IMG/VR virus record: IMGVR_UViG_3300022074_006436
Span: 1-36,065 of that record
DNA length: 36,065 nt
Strand: one strand, 5' to 3'
From: a virus
Taxonomy: Duplodnaviria; Caudoviricetes
Positions 1 to 8,658 of the stretch are shown one piece after another. Below the pieces are notes generated by a model. It worked only from the letters and a program-made list of their open reading frames with translations, was not told the DNA's origin and made no database searches. Every line of letters begins with the position of its first letter. Positions within the stretch are counted from its first letter, which is position 1. Made by a program: the position numbers and the translations under genes.

Positions 1-1576
1 TGTAAATAGCACCATCTACTGCCCAACTTTCTGGAGCTGGATAGATACTCGTTGTATATGGACGTTGTGGATGAGTAGGACTGTGTATTGGTGGTCCATA
101 AGGACTAATTGGTGCGTAGGTTCTATATCCATGTCCACCACCACCCTGACCACCTAATCCGGCAGTCATGTAATTCTCATGAGCTGGATGGGATGGATTT
201 GGTTGTCTTGCAGATCCACCACCGCCGCCACCGCCATAATATCCTGATGGACCAATTCCGGGCATATACCCACCTGATGCTTGCAAAACATAACTTTTCC
301 ATACCGGCCAATTACTTCCAGCTCCAGAAAGAGGATCAGGAACATAAGGACACCAATTGTTGAAACTAAATTCTGGCACTGCTAATCCATTCCCTCCAGT
401 ACCAGATCTTGTTCCTGGATAACTGGGGTTAGGTGGATTGGGATAAGGACTCCATGTTTGTCCTGGTTGTCCTGCACCACCACCACCGCCAGAAGTTTGT
501 CTGCCTCTATCAGGTCCATTATTGCCAGGACCACCAAAAGGTTGACCTTGACTACCACCACCTCTATTCCCTTGACCGGGAATATTTCTTCCACCGTATC
601 CATCAGCAGTTTTAACCCCTTTAGAGAAGGAGGGTTTATCTAGTGCATAATATCCATTAATTCCGCCACCAGATCCTTTTGATGTGTTAGCATTACCATT
701 TGGCATACCAGGCCATGAATAATATCCTCCACCACCACCAAATGCTCTGAAAACATTTTTTGCGTCAGTGGGAGGAGAATGTTGTGGGTGTGTGGGACCA
801 TATTCAAGATAAGTATCATTACCGTTATTTCCGTAATTATCTGGAGTACCGTACCCTGATCCACCACCACCAGAACCTACAACTACAACATATTCTCCTT
901 CTGGTAGTTTGAAATTTCTTTGAACAACGACACCACCGCCACCGCCGCCGCCGCTTGCCCATTGTGTGCTAGGAGTACCGCAGCCGCCGCCACCGCCTCC
1001 AACTAGCATTAAGGTTATGTTACCAGCATATTTTGTATGATAATCAAAAGTCACAGGTGAAGTTCCAAGAAACACATGATACTTATAACCACCAGTGGTA
1101 TGAGTGGACGATCCGCCTGTTGCATTAAAAGTTCCAGCTACTGTAGAAAATTTATAAGGTGATTCACCATTTCCTTTATATGAAACTCCCAATGTATTTG
1201 CTATACCAACATTTGGAATTTCCAAAAAATAAGTTGAACTTGGACTTAAATCAGTTGATGGATTTATTGTAAGCTGATCATTTGAAATAGTAAGATTTCC
1301 TGAGGAACCAGTTGCATAAGATTCATGAACTGTTCCATTCACAGAGTCTTTTCTTATCTTAATTGTTCCTATGCCCGCAGAAAATTGAATATTTTGATCA
1401 AAAGTAAGAACAATATTTGAACCAACACTAACATTGATTGCACCTGGTGCTGGTGTAAATGACCGAATCTCCGGTTCAAATAACATATTCTTTCCATCTC
1501 CACTCAACCCCTGAGGAAAATGAACTGGTGTATTTTCTTTATCACCAGATATTTGGTTTACTTTTATTTGTGACAT
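1..1576 (-). CDS. Ig-like (Big_5/SbsA-type) + glycine-rich domain virion/fibre protein, paralog 3 (3' end runs off the window)
   Basis: Missing from the ORF track because no stop falls inside the window. Manual translation from ATG 1576: MSQIKVNQISGDKENTPVHFPQGLSGDG...SNIVLTFDQNIQF...LTINPSTDL...FNATGG...YKYHVF...MLVGGGGGG, open to position 1 and colinear with the two upstream paralogs. Confidence 0.85.
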   Translation of the reverse strand, partial: MSQIKVNQISGDKENTPVHFPQGLSGDGKNMLFEPEIRSFTPAPGAINVSVGSNIVLTFDQNIQFSAGIGTIKIRKDSVNGTVHESYATGSSGNLTISNDQLTINPSTDLSPSSTYFLEIPNVGIANTLGVSYKGNGESPYKFSTVAGTFNATGGSSTHTTGGYKYHVFLGTSPVTFDYHTKYAGNITLMLVGGGGGGCGTPSTQWASGGGGGGGVVVQRNFKLPEGEYVVVVGSGGGGSGYGTPDNYGNNGNDTYLEYGPTHPQHSPPTDAKNVFRAFGGGGGYYSWPGMPNGNANTSKGSGGGINGYYALDKPSFSKGVKTADGYGGRNIPGQGNRGGGSQGQPFGGPGNNGPDRGRQTSGGGGGAGQPGQTWSPYPNPPNPSYPGTRSGTGGNGLAVPEFSFNNWCPYVPDPLSGAGSNWPVWKSYVLQASGGYMPGIGPSGYYGGGGGGGSARQPNPSHPAHENYMTAGLGGQGGGGHGYRTYAPISPYGPPIHSPTHPQRPYTTSIYPAPESWAVDGAIY

Positions 1577-1586
1577 AGTAGTTACC

Positions 1587-3254
1587 TCAAGAATTTACGT
1601 GGGGATATAAGTATCTAATAATAACAACACCAGATCCACCAGATCTACCAGTCATACCATCTGAACCCGGATAAGCGGATCCTCCGCCACCGCCGCCACC
1701 CATTGAAGCATATCCATTCTGCGCCTGCTGGTTGCTTCCAGTTTCTGAACTAAATCGTATTGGTGTTCCATATGATGGACGTGGATATGTTCCGCCACCA
1801 TGTCCGCCACCACCATTTCCACCTTGTCCAGCAAATACAAAATTATGACCTTGATAGCTGCTACTATTTTTAGATCCACCACCACCTCCACCACCATATC
1901 CATATGATGTTTCGGGACGTGAGTCCGTTGGGAATGCGGTAGTAGGTAAATTGGGTGCTGAGAAGTGTGGAATTGGTCTGCCCGCGCCGCCATCACCAGA
2001 GTGACAAGCCCAACCTGGCCAAGTGCTATGCGTTGGCCAGTTGTATTGTTGCCAAGGATAATTTGGAAAAGGTGCATTTCCGCCCTGAGCACCGGCACCG
2101 CCTCCACCACCGCCATTCCAGAGTCTGGTACTAGAATCCGACCTACCACTGGACCCATAACCGCCATTATTTCCCTGACCTTCAAGACCTCTTTTGCCAC
2201 CATGACCACGAGTTCCTCTATAATAATAAGAAGGAAACTGTGGACTTGGCCACTGTCCACCGCCACCCGTGGTATTCCAGTCAAAAGAAGGATCAAACGA
2301 TGGAGAGTTTACTGGAATGCTGTCCCAAATTGATGGCCATCCAGGTCCACCGCCACCAGAACCACCGTCCCGTGATGACATGAATTCCTGAGGCACTGGT
2401 CCACCACCACCAGCACCACCACCAACAGCTTCAACCATAACATTAGAACCTAGTTTGATTGAAGATGGAGTGCCATCATATGATCCGGGGGCAGGGGGAT
2501 TACCTGGCGGTATATTTGCGCCACCTCCACCAACACTAATCGTATAAGTTCCGGCACTTAATTTTAGTTGTTCTCCGGAACCATCTAAAACTCCTCCACC
2601 ACCACCACCGCCACCGGTGCATCCAGTAGGTCCGGGACCACCACAACCACCGGCACCGCCGCCACCAACTACAAGATATTGGAATCCTGTATTAGATTCA
2701 CTAGGCACATTAAGTTGAAAGGTTCCAGAACCGGTAAATACATGATATCTGTAACTACTATATTGATAAGTGTTTCCACCAGTAGCATCCATTGGTTCAA
2801 ATGGTGTCTCGAAATAATACGAATCTTCTCCAGCAAATAACCCTAGATGTAAAGTTGCAGCAATACCTATATTTGGCATTTCCAAATAATATTTTTTGCC
2901 GTATGCAAAATTAGTTGTAGGATCAATTGTTAATGTAGATCCACCAATACTTATTCTAGGAGAAATACCGGTTACTGGGTTGTGGATAGAAAAAGATTCT
3001 TTGATAGGGCCATTAATAGCATTTTCTCTTATGTTAAAGATCGCCTCACCTGTAAATGGAGAAAATCTAATCTCTTGATCAAATGTAATAACAATATTAC
3101 TAGAAATATTAACGTTTTTTTGAAATGGTGTTGGTGAAATTGAAACAATTTTTGGTGGAAAAGTCAATGCATGACCGTCTCCAGATATTCCATATACAAA
3201 AACTACAGGGGCACTGCTAACACCAGCTATTTGTTGTAACTCTAAATTTGACAT
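1587..3254 (-). CDS. Ig-like + glycine-rich domain virion/fibre protein, paralog 2
   Basis: ORF track gives 1587..3293. Start moved to ATG 3254 (MSNLELQQIAG), 2 nt after the upstream stop and matching the paralog N-termini. Motifs NIVITFDQEI, LTIDPTTNF, ATGG..YRYHVFTGSGTF, LVVGGGGAGG and C-terminal GGSGVVIIRY. Confidence 0.85.
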   Translation of the reverse strand: MSNLELQQIAGVSSAPVVFVYGISGDGHALTFPPKIVSISPTPFQKNVNISSNIVITFDQEIRFSPFTGEAIFNIRENAINGPIKESFSIHNPVTGISPRISIGGSTLTIDPTTNFAYGKKYYLEMPNIGIAATLHLGLFAGEDSYYFETPFEPMDATGGNTYQYSSYRYHVFTGSGTFQLNVPSESNTGFQYLVVGGGGAGGCGGPGPTGCTGGGGGGGGVLDGSGEQLKLSAGTYTISVGGGGANIPPGNPPAPGSYDGTPSSIKLGSNVMVEAVGGGAGGGGPVPQEFMSSRDGGSGGGGPGWPSIWDSIPVNSPSFDPSFDWNTTGGGGQWPSPQFPSYYYRGTRGHGGKRGLEGQGNNGGYGSSGRSDSSTRLWNGGGGGGAGAQGGNAPFPNYPWQQYNWPTHSTWPGWACHSGDGGAGRPIPHFSAPNLPTTAFPTDSRPETSYGYGGGGGGGSKNSSSYQGHNFVFAGQGGNGGGGHGGGTYPRPSYGTPIRFSSETGSNQQAQNGYASMGGGGGGGSAYPGSDGMTGRSGGSGVVIIRYLYPHVNS

Positions 3255-3256
3255 AA

Positions 3257-4843
3257 TTAATCCCCCGGAACAGCATAACGCATCATAAAGCAACCAGATC
3301 CACCTTGCCCTGCTACAATACTATTGGGATATCCTTGAGCGCCACCGCCGCCGCCACCCAGATATTGATGTCCAGGTCTTGCATATTGGTATTGAGGACT
3401 TGGTTCAGGCCATTCTGGTAAAAATGGTGAAGGATTTTGTTGAGTAGGGGGATTTACAAATGCTCCGCCACCATGTCCGCCACCGCCAGCACCACCATTA
3501 CCAGATCTCTGAAGGTAGTATTCGGATGGTTGCATTGGAGCACCACCGCCACCGCCACCACCATACATTCCAGTAGTTTGAACTTCTTGTACCAAATCTT
3601 TTAATGGAAATACAGGTTCAGGAACATAACCTGCAAGATTTGATGCTGCAAAAGCGGTGTTTGGTTTTCCCTGACCGCCATCTCCGCCAGTACCTCTCCA
3701 TCCTGACCAAGTTGGGACTGGGTAACTAGATGGTGGATATGTTGGAGCATTATAATTTGGATATTGTGAATTACCACCAGAACCACCGGCCCCGCCGCCG
3801 CCACCGCCGGTAAAGAGTTTACTACCTGGACTATAATAACGGGCATTGCCGCCATATCCACCAGGATTTCCTTGTCCAGGTACTCCAGATCCACCCGGCG
3901 GACTAGCACCACCTCTATCAGGAGGACTGTCGTCCGGATTCCCTGCGGTCCCACCACCAGATCCACCGGGTCTCCCTTGTCTATGTGTATTATTGGGATG
4001 CGGATATCCCCCACCACCACCACCACCTAGTGCAGTAAAACTACCAAAACTACTTGGATTTCCATCATAAGATGGTCCAGGTTGTGTTGCGGTTGGTAGA
4101 TACGCACCACCACCACCAATTGTTATAGTAAAACCACCGGCCGGCAGCGACATCGTTGGTCCAGTTCCAGTAAGTACACCACCAGCACCGCCGCCACCAC
4201 CAGACATGCGAGTAGGACTATAAGCACTTCCACCAGTAGCACCACCAGCAACTAACATCCAATCTAAATCAACTGCTTGTGAAGATGGATGACTCATACT
4301 TAATGGTCCAGTTCCAGTAAATATGTGATATTTGTAGTAATTTGTTGGAGAATTACTATCATACTTAGTATAAGTATAATTTCCTCCTGTTGCATTAAAA
4401 GGAATTAGCTTGGTTTTAAAGTTATAAGTATTATCTCCTGGATAATATGCTCCGTGAGTATTAGCAATACCCGGTTTAGTAATTTCTATATAATATTGAG
4501 TGTCATAAGAAAGATCACTACTGGGATTTATTACTAGTTGACTGCCAGCAATACTAAGTCCACTTCCCGGAGAACCATCTGTAATTGAGAAAGTTTGAAC
4601 AACAGATCCAGTAGCACTTCCCGATCTCAATATAACACTTCCAGTGCCCCTGAACATAATGGGTTGGTTAAAATTAAAAATAATATTAGTATTAACTTCA
4701 GCAGCGTCCGCCAGATAAGTAGGACTGAATGAAACAATATTAGGCGGAAAAGTTAATTGAGAAGCATCCCCAATAAGTCCACTTAATATTTGAACATGAG
4801 TGTTACCAACTCCAACAATTTCGTTTACATTGATTCTTGACAT
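3257..4843 (-). CDS. Ig-like + glycine-rich domain virion/fibre protein, paralog 1
   Basis: 528 aa; NIIFNFNQPI, LVINPSSDL, ATGG..YKYHIFTGTG, LVAGGATGG and C-terminal GGSGCFMMRY. Confidence 0.85.
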   Translation of the reverse strand: MSRINVNEIVGVGNTHVQILSGLIGDASQLTFPPNIVSFSPTYLADAAEVNTNIIFNFNQPIMFRGTGSVILRSGSATGSVVQTFSITDGSPGSGLSIAGSQLVINPSSDLSYDTQYYIEITKPGIANTHGAYYPGDNTYNFKTKLIPFNATGGNYTYTKYDSNSPTNYYKYHIFTGTGPLSMSHPSSQAVDLDWMLVAGGATGGSAYSPTRMSGGGGGAGGVLTGTGPTMSLPAGGFTITIGGGGAYLPTATQPGPSYDGNPSSFGSFTALGGGGGGGYPHPNNTHRQGRPGGSGGGTAGNPDDSPPDRGGASPPGGSGVPGQGNPGGYGGNARYYSPGSKLFTGGGGGGAGGSGGNSQYPNYNAPTYPPSSYPVPTWSGWRGTGGDGGQGKPNTAFAASNLAGYVPEPVFPLKDLVQEVQTTGMYGGGGGGGAPMQPSEYYLQRSGNGGAGGGGHGGGAFVNPPTQQNPSPFLPEWPEPSPQYQYARPGHQYLGGGGGGAQGYPNSIVAGQGGSGCFMMRYAVPGD

Positions 4844-4869
4844 TTTCTTTCCTTCCTAGATAATTTTTT

Positions 4870-5262
4870 TCAAAGAATTCTAAAGGTATTACTTGTTCCA
4901 ACGGTAATGTTTACACCCGATGCAACAGTAACAGGTCCAACCATAAAGTAATTCTGATTTGGTTGATTCAAAGTAGCATTGTTTGCAACAATTGAAGGGT
5001 TGGAATAAAATCCGGTGGTTAAAATTCCTGTTGGATCAACAGAACCACCGCCACCGCCGCCACCACCTGCAATACTGATATCGATGGTTTTTGTTGCAGA
5101 ATCATAGGTTAATTCGTTCCCAGATCCTGTAAAATTTAAAGTGGTAGCACCTGCACCGATTGGCAGTCCAGAAGACTGAATACCGGTGATGGCACCACCA
5201 CTAATATTAGCTAAATTTCTACCGTCATCTACGACGGTAATTCCTCCGACTTTAATTGCCAT
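4870..5262 (-). CDS. Small tail fibre adaptor-like protein
   Basis: 130 aa. Shares a GIQSSG..TTLNFTG..GGGGGG module with the 809-aa fibre. Beta-rich C-terminus (GPVTVASGVNITVG). Has its own late promoter. Confidence 0.7.
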   Translation of the reverse strand: MAIKVGGITVVDDGRNLANISGGAITGIQSSGLPIGAGATTLNFTGSGNELTYDSATKTIDISIAGGGGGGGGSVDPTGILTTGFYSNPSIVANNATLNQPNQNYFMVGPVTVASGVNITVGTSNTFRIL

Positions 5263-5290
5263 CTTCGTGAATACACTAGGTCTTTGTTTT

Positions 5291-5298
5291 TATTTATA
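5291..5298 (-). promoter_or_regulatory. T4-type late promoter TATAAATA
   Basis: Perfect gp55-sigma consensus about 30 nt upstream of ATG 5262. Confidence 0.8.
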
Positions 5299-6256
5299 AT
5301 CCTTTGAGTTCCTTTACTTCATCCGATAACTCTTTAACTGCTTCAATAAGAAGACCTATTAAACCGTTATAATTTACCGACTTAGTTCCTGCTTCAGTTT
5401 CATTAATTAATTGAGGTAATATTTTTTCAATTTCTTGAGCGATTACACCTGCGGAAGGTTCTTTGCTACTCTTCCAATTAAAAGTTACTCCATTAATGCT
5501 TAATACTTTTTCAAGCGGATTGTCTATATTTTCAATATTTTCCTTCAGATTTATATCAGAAGTAGTATTAAAGTCAGTCGCTGATATTTGACCAGTTATA
5601 CTAATTTGACCATTACCATTGATAACTTTACTATTCATATCCAAATTTCCACCAAGTTGTGGTGTCGTATCCTCAACAACATTAGCAAGCATTCCAAGGG
5701 TTGATGGCACAGCAAATGAAAGAACACCACTTCCATTGGTGACTAAAACATCATTAGCATTTCCATCGGAAACTGGATATTTTAAATTATTTGCAGTTAA
5801 GACACCAACAACAACAGTATTTCCACTTGTATCCCAATATGGTCCGCCAGTAGAAAGTTTAAGTGGTGTTACTGAACCATCAGCAACTTCAGTAATTCCG
5901 ATTGAATTACCCAACATAACACCAGAAAAAGTCAATCCATCTAATGGTGCTGCCGAAAATACAATATTATTACCACTTATAGTATAGTCAATTTCAGGTG
6001 ATTGAACTATACCGCCTAAAGTTATTCTGTATTGATTTGATCTTGTTCCAGCAACAATATTACCACCTTGTTTTAATACAAAGGATGTTGTAGTGTCATC
6101 AAATAATCCAGCAATATCATCTATCGTCCTTATTTGTAATGAATTTGAAGATGTATAGCTTTGCCACACCACCCCATTCCAAGAATAACTGAATCCAGAT
6201 TGTGGATCAGCATATGTTTGTCCTACTGTTGGCGCGGATGGGAAATTGAGTGCCAT
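5294..6256 (-). CDS. Tail fibre protein with C-terminal Peptidase_S74-type intramolecular chaperone
   Basis: C-terminal TSDINLKENI...GVTFNWK...GVIAQEIE...VNYNGLIGLLIEAVKEL. Fibre motif DTTPQLGGNLDMN. N-terminal MALNFPSAPTVGQTY module. Confidence 0.85.
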   Translation of the reverse strand: MALNFPSAPTVGQTYADPQSGFSYSWNGVVWQSYTSSNSLQIRTIDDIAGLFDDTTTSFVLKQGGNIVAGTRSNQYRITLGGIVQSPEIDYTISGNNIVFSAAPLDGLTFSGVMLGNSIGITEVADGSVTPLKLSTGGPYWDTSGNTVVVGVLTANNLKYPVSDGNANDVLVTNGSGVLSFAVPSTLGMLANVVEDTTPQLGGNLDMNSKVINGNGQISITGQISATDFNTTSDINLKENIENIDNPLEKVLSINGVTFNWKSSKEPSAGVIAQEIEKILPQLINETEAGTKSVNYNGLIGLLIEAVKELSDEVKELKGL

Positions 6257-6272
6257 CTTTATACTTTTTAGT

Positions 6273-6279
6273 TATTTAT
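6273..6279 (-). promoter_or_regulatory. Late promoter ATAAATA
   Basis: Intergenic, 16 nt upstream of ATG 6256. Confidence 0.7.
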
Positions 6280-6289
6280 TAAATAAGAT

Positions 6290-7477
6290 CTAATAGGTTA
6301 TAATCTTTCTATAACCATAATTAAGCATATTATTTGGAGGATATTCGGTAGCAGCATACATTGCTGACCATCCACTTGATGAATTATATATTCTAACTCT
6401 AATTTTATTCGCTGTGGAGTCATAATCACAAGTGGCACAACCATTAGGATATTGCTGAACTGTTGCGCCACTTGTCGTAGGTATAGCATATTGGAGACCA
6501 GCCCCCCCTGTTGTCACCCAAGCGAAATAATGAGTGCCACCAGAGTTTACGATACTTATAAATCTGCCACTGCTTCCTAAAACACCAACACCATGGAATC
6601 CATTATTTGGTGGGGTGCAACTAAATCCAGACCACGTAGATGAACTGCCTGAACTCGTAACCCAGGTTCTTGCGCCATCCATCCCCGACGTATAACAATA
6701 TCCATCCCACCCAGTGCCAGCAATTGGCCGAGAATAATTACCTGAATTACTACTAGTAGAAGAAACAGTGAAAGCACCATTGGTATTATTACTAATACTA
6801 ACTACACTCCTCCTTTCATGTGCGTTGGAACTATTACTATCCGGCGCTTTCACATGTAATCTGGATAGAGAACTGAGTATTCCAGTTGAAGCAGTAACGT
6901 TTGCCTGAGCACCAATTACTGGATTATCAATCATATTACCACCATAAGCACTATTACGATAACCCATGCTAGTAGTGGTGTAACTAAATTGTAGACCCAG
7001 ACCACCACTACCAACTGAATAAACTCTGATATTAGCAGTGTTACTTCCAGATGTTTCCCAACTAAGTGTCCATAACCTATCAGAAGAAATCTTAACTTCG
7101 TCACCTACATATGAGGTAGCAAATTGACCACCTGTTTCAGTCCAGTTATTACTGTAATGATAATACTTATACCATCTTGACCAGTTTGATGTTACTAAAA
7201 TACCATCCCCAAATCTGTATATTCTTCCAGTACTGGTAGAGGTTTCAAAATCAGCAGCATATTTTCCTGTGGTAGGGTTAAATAATGCTATTCTATTACC
7301 GCTACCACCAGTATTTGATGCATGATATGGAATTATTACATAATACGTGTTGGTATTATAATCTTCAGTCATATCAGGACCAGCGCCACCTATAACAGTG
7401 CCTGTTCCTCCTCCACCCATTCCAAGCACAGAAAGAAAAGGAGACTCTTTAATAGTTGGATATATTAAAAAAGACAT
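6290..7477 (-). CDS. Putative receptor-binding/fibre-tip protein, beta-rich (possibly propeller)
   Basis: 395 aa, S/T/G/N/Y/W-rich. N-terminal KESPFLSVLGMGGGG peptide. Strong SD GGAGGAG upstream. Confidence 0.6.
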   Translation of the reverse strand: MSFLIYPTIKESPFLSVLGMGGGGTGTVIGGAGPDMTEDYNTNTYYVIIPYHASNTGGSGNRIALFNPTTGKYAADFETSTSTGRIYRFGDGILVTSNWSRWYKYYHYSNNWTETGGQFATSYVGDEVKISSDRLWTLSWETSGSNTANIRVYSVGSGGLGLQFSYTTTSMGYRNSAYGGNMIDNPVIGAQANVTASTGILSSLSRLHVKAPDSNSSNAHERRSVVSISNNTNGAFTVSSTSSNSGNYSRPIAGTGWDGYCYTSGMDGARTWVTSSGSSSTWSGFSCTPPNNGFHGVGVLGSSGRFISIVNSGGTHYFAWVTTGGAGLQYAIPTTSGATVQQYPNGCATCDYDSTANKIRVRIYNSSSGWSAMYAATEYPPNNMLNYGYRKIITY

Positions 7478-7489
7478 CTGTACTCCTCC

Positions 7490-8653
7490 TCAAGAAGTCT
7501 TGCTATGATTTGCAATGACAGTTAATTGTTGATCAGTTGTACCAGATGATGCAACTTTAATGATGGTAAACGTATGAATATCTACACCAGAACTTCCTCC
7601 ATCTGATGGGGCGCTACCACCAACCCAATTCTCTGTTACTGCATCACCATCAATTGTAATATTTGCCGAATATGCTGATGCATTTGCCGTAGTGATAAGA
7701 GTTACCACCACCGACTCACCCACAGACATCTTATCTTTCAGATTTGCAGTTGCACTATATTTAATAGCAGGTGTGGATGTAGTTGACTCAGCAGTAGTAA
7801 ATATATGAACACATCCATTCTCAAGATAGATGTTTGTATTATCACTTAACTTACCAGCAGTTACAATTACTTTTTCCTTTAATAATCCATTAAAGTCAGT
7901 GTCTCCTGTAACATTAATACCACCGCTAATGGTAGCACCACCACTAGTTACATTAATGCCATCTACAATAGTAACTCCACTACCAACAACGCTGATACCA
8001 CTTCTTGCAGTGATAAGACCTACAGAATCAATATTCGTTACATCATCATAAGTTAAAACTCCGGCAATATTTACATTGCCACTGAAAGTTGCTGCAGATC
8101 CGACAAGCAATCCACCAGAAATTATTAAAGAAGAATCACTATTAATGGCATCTGCAGATATGCTAGCAAAAGTTGATACTCCAGTAACAACTAATCCACT
8201 AGGAAATGTAGGTGCAGAAACTCCCTCTTTGCCAGTAATATTATCTGCTCTAAGTCTTCCTCCACCACCTGCTAGTGTTCCACTACTGGTTCCTGTTGTT
8301 CCAATTCCAAGAATATCTGGAAGAAGATCATCACCATCTGCAATAATTAAATCTGCAGTACCATTGACCTGTATCTCTGCATATTGTGTATATGCAACTT
8401 TTGCTGTTGATGGGACATCAACAGTTGAAGTATTATCAATCTCTAAAACTTGATTGGTATAATAAATGTTACTTAAAGGATTAGTGGTGTCGGAACTTAA
8501 AGCTGTCCCTAAACCAGCAGAAATTCCTGATAACTCAGAACCATCACCAACGAGATCACCAGAAAAATCAATATTAGTAAAAGTACTTTTAGCGGTAGTA
8601 TCAATACCGACTAAATCATTGACTAGATTTGCAGTTTTGCGTGTCCTTCCCAT
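7490..8653 (-). CDS. Tail fibre/adaptor protein
   Basis: 387 aa; cyanophage fibre motifs GDGSELSGI and GVLTYDDVTNIDSVGLITARSG, plus C-terminal domain WVGGSAPSDGGSSGVDIHTFTIIK. Confidence 0.75.
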   Translation of the reverse strand: MGRTRKTANLVNDLVGIDTTAKSTFTNIDFSGDLVGDGSELSGISAGLGTALSSDTTNPLSNIYYTNQVLEIDNTSTVDVPSTAKVAYTQYAEIQVNGTADLIIADGDDLLPDILGIGTTGTSSGTLAGGGGRLRADNITGKEGVSAPTFPSGLVVTGVSTFASISADAINSDSSLIISGGLLVGSAATFSGNVNIAGVLTYDDVTNIDSVGLITARSGISVVGSGVTIVDGINVTSGGATISGGINVTGDTDFNGLLKEKVIVTAGKLSDNTNIYLENGCVHIFTTAESTTSTPAIKYSATANLKDKMSVGESVVVTLITTANASAYSANITIDGDAVTENWVGGSAPSDGGSSGVDIHTFTIIKVASSGTTDQQLTVIANHSKTS

Positions 8654-8658
8654 TTAGA

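Noticed and set aside
3255-3293. 13-aa N-terminal extension of 1587..3293
   Set aside because: It overlaps the upstream gene; ATG 3254 matches the paralog N-termini.
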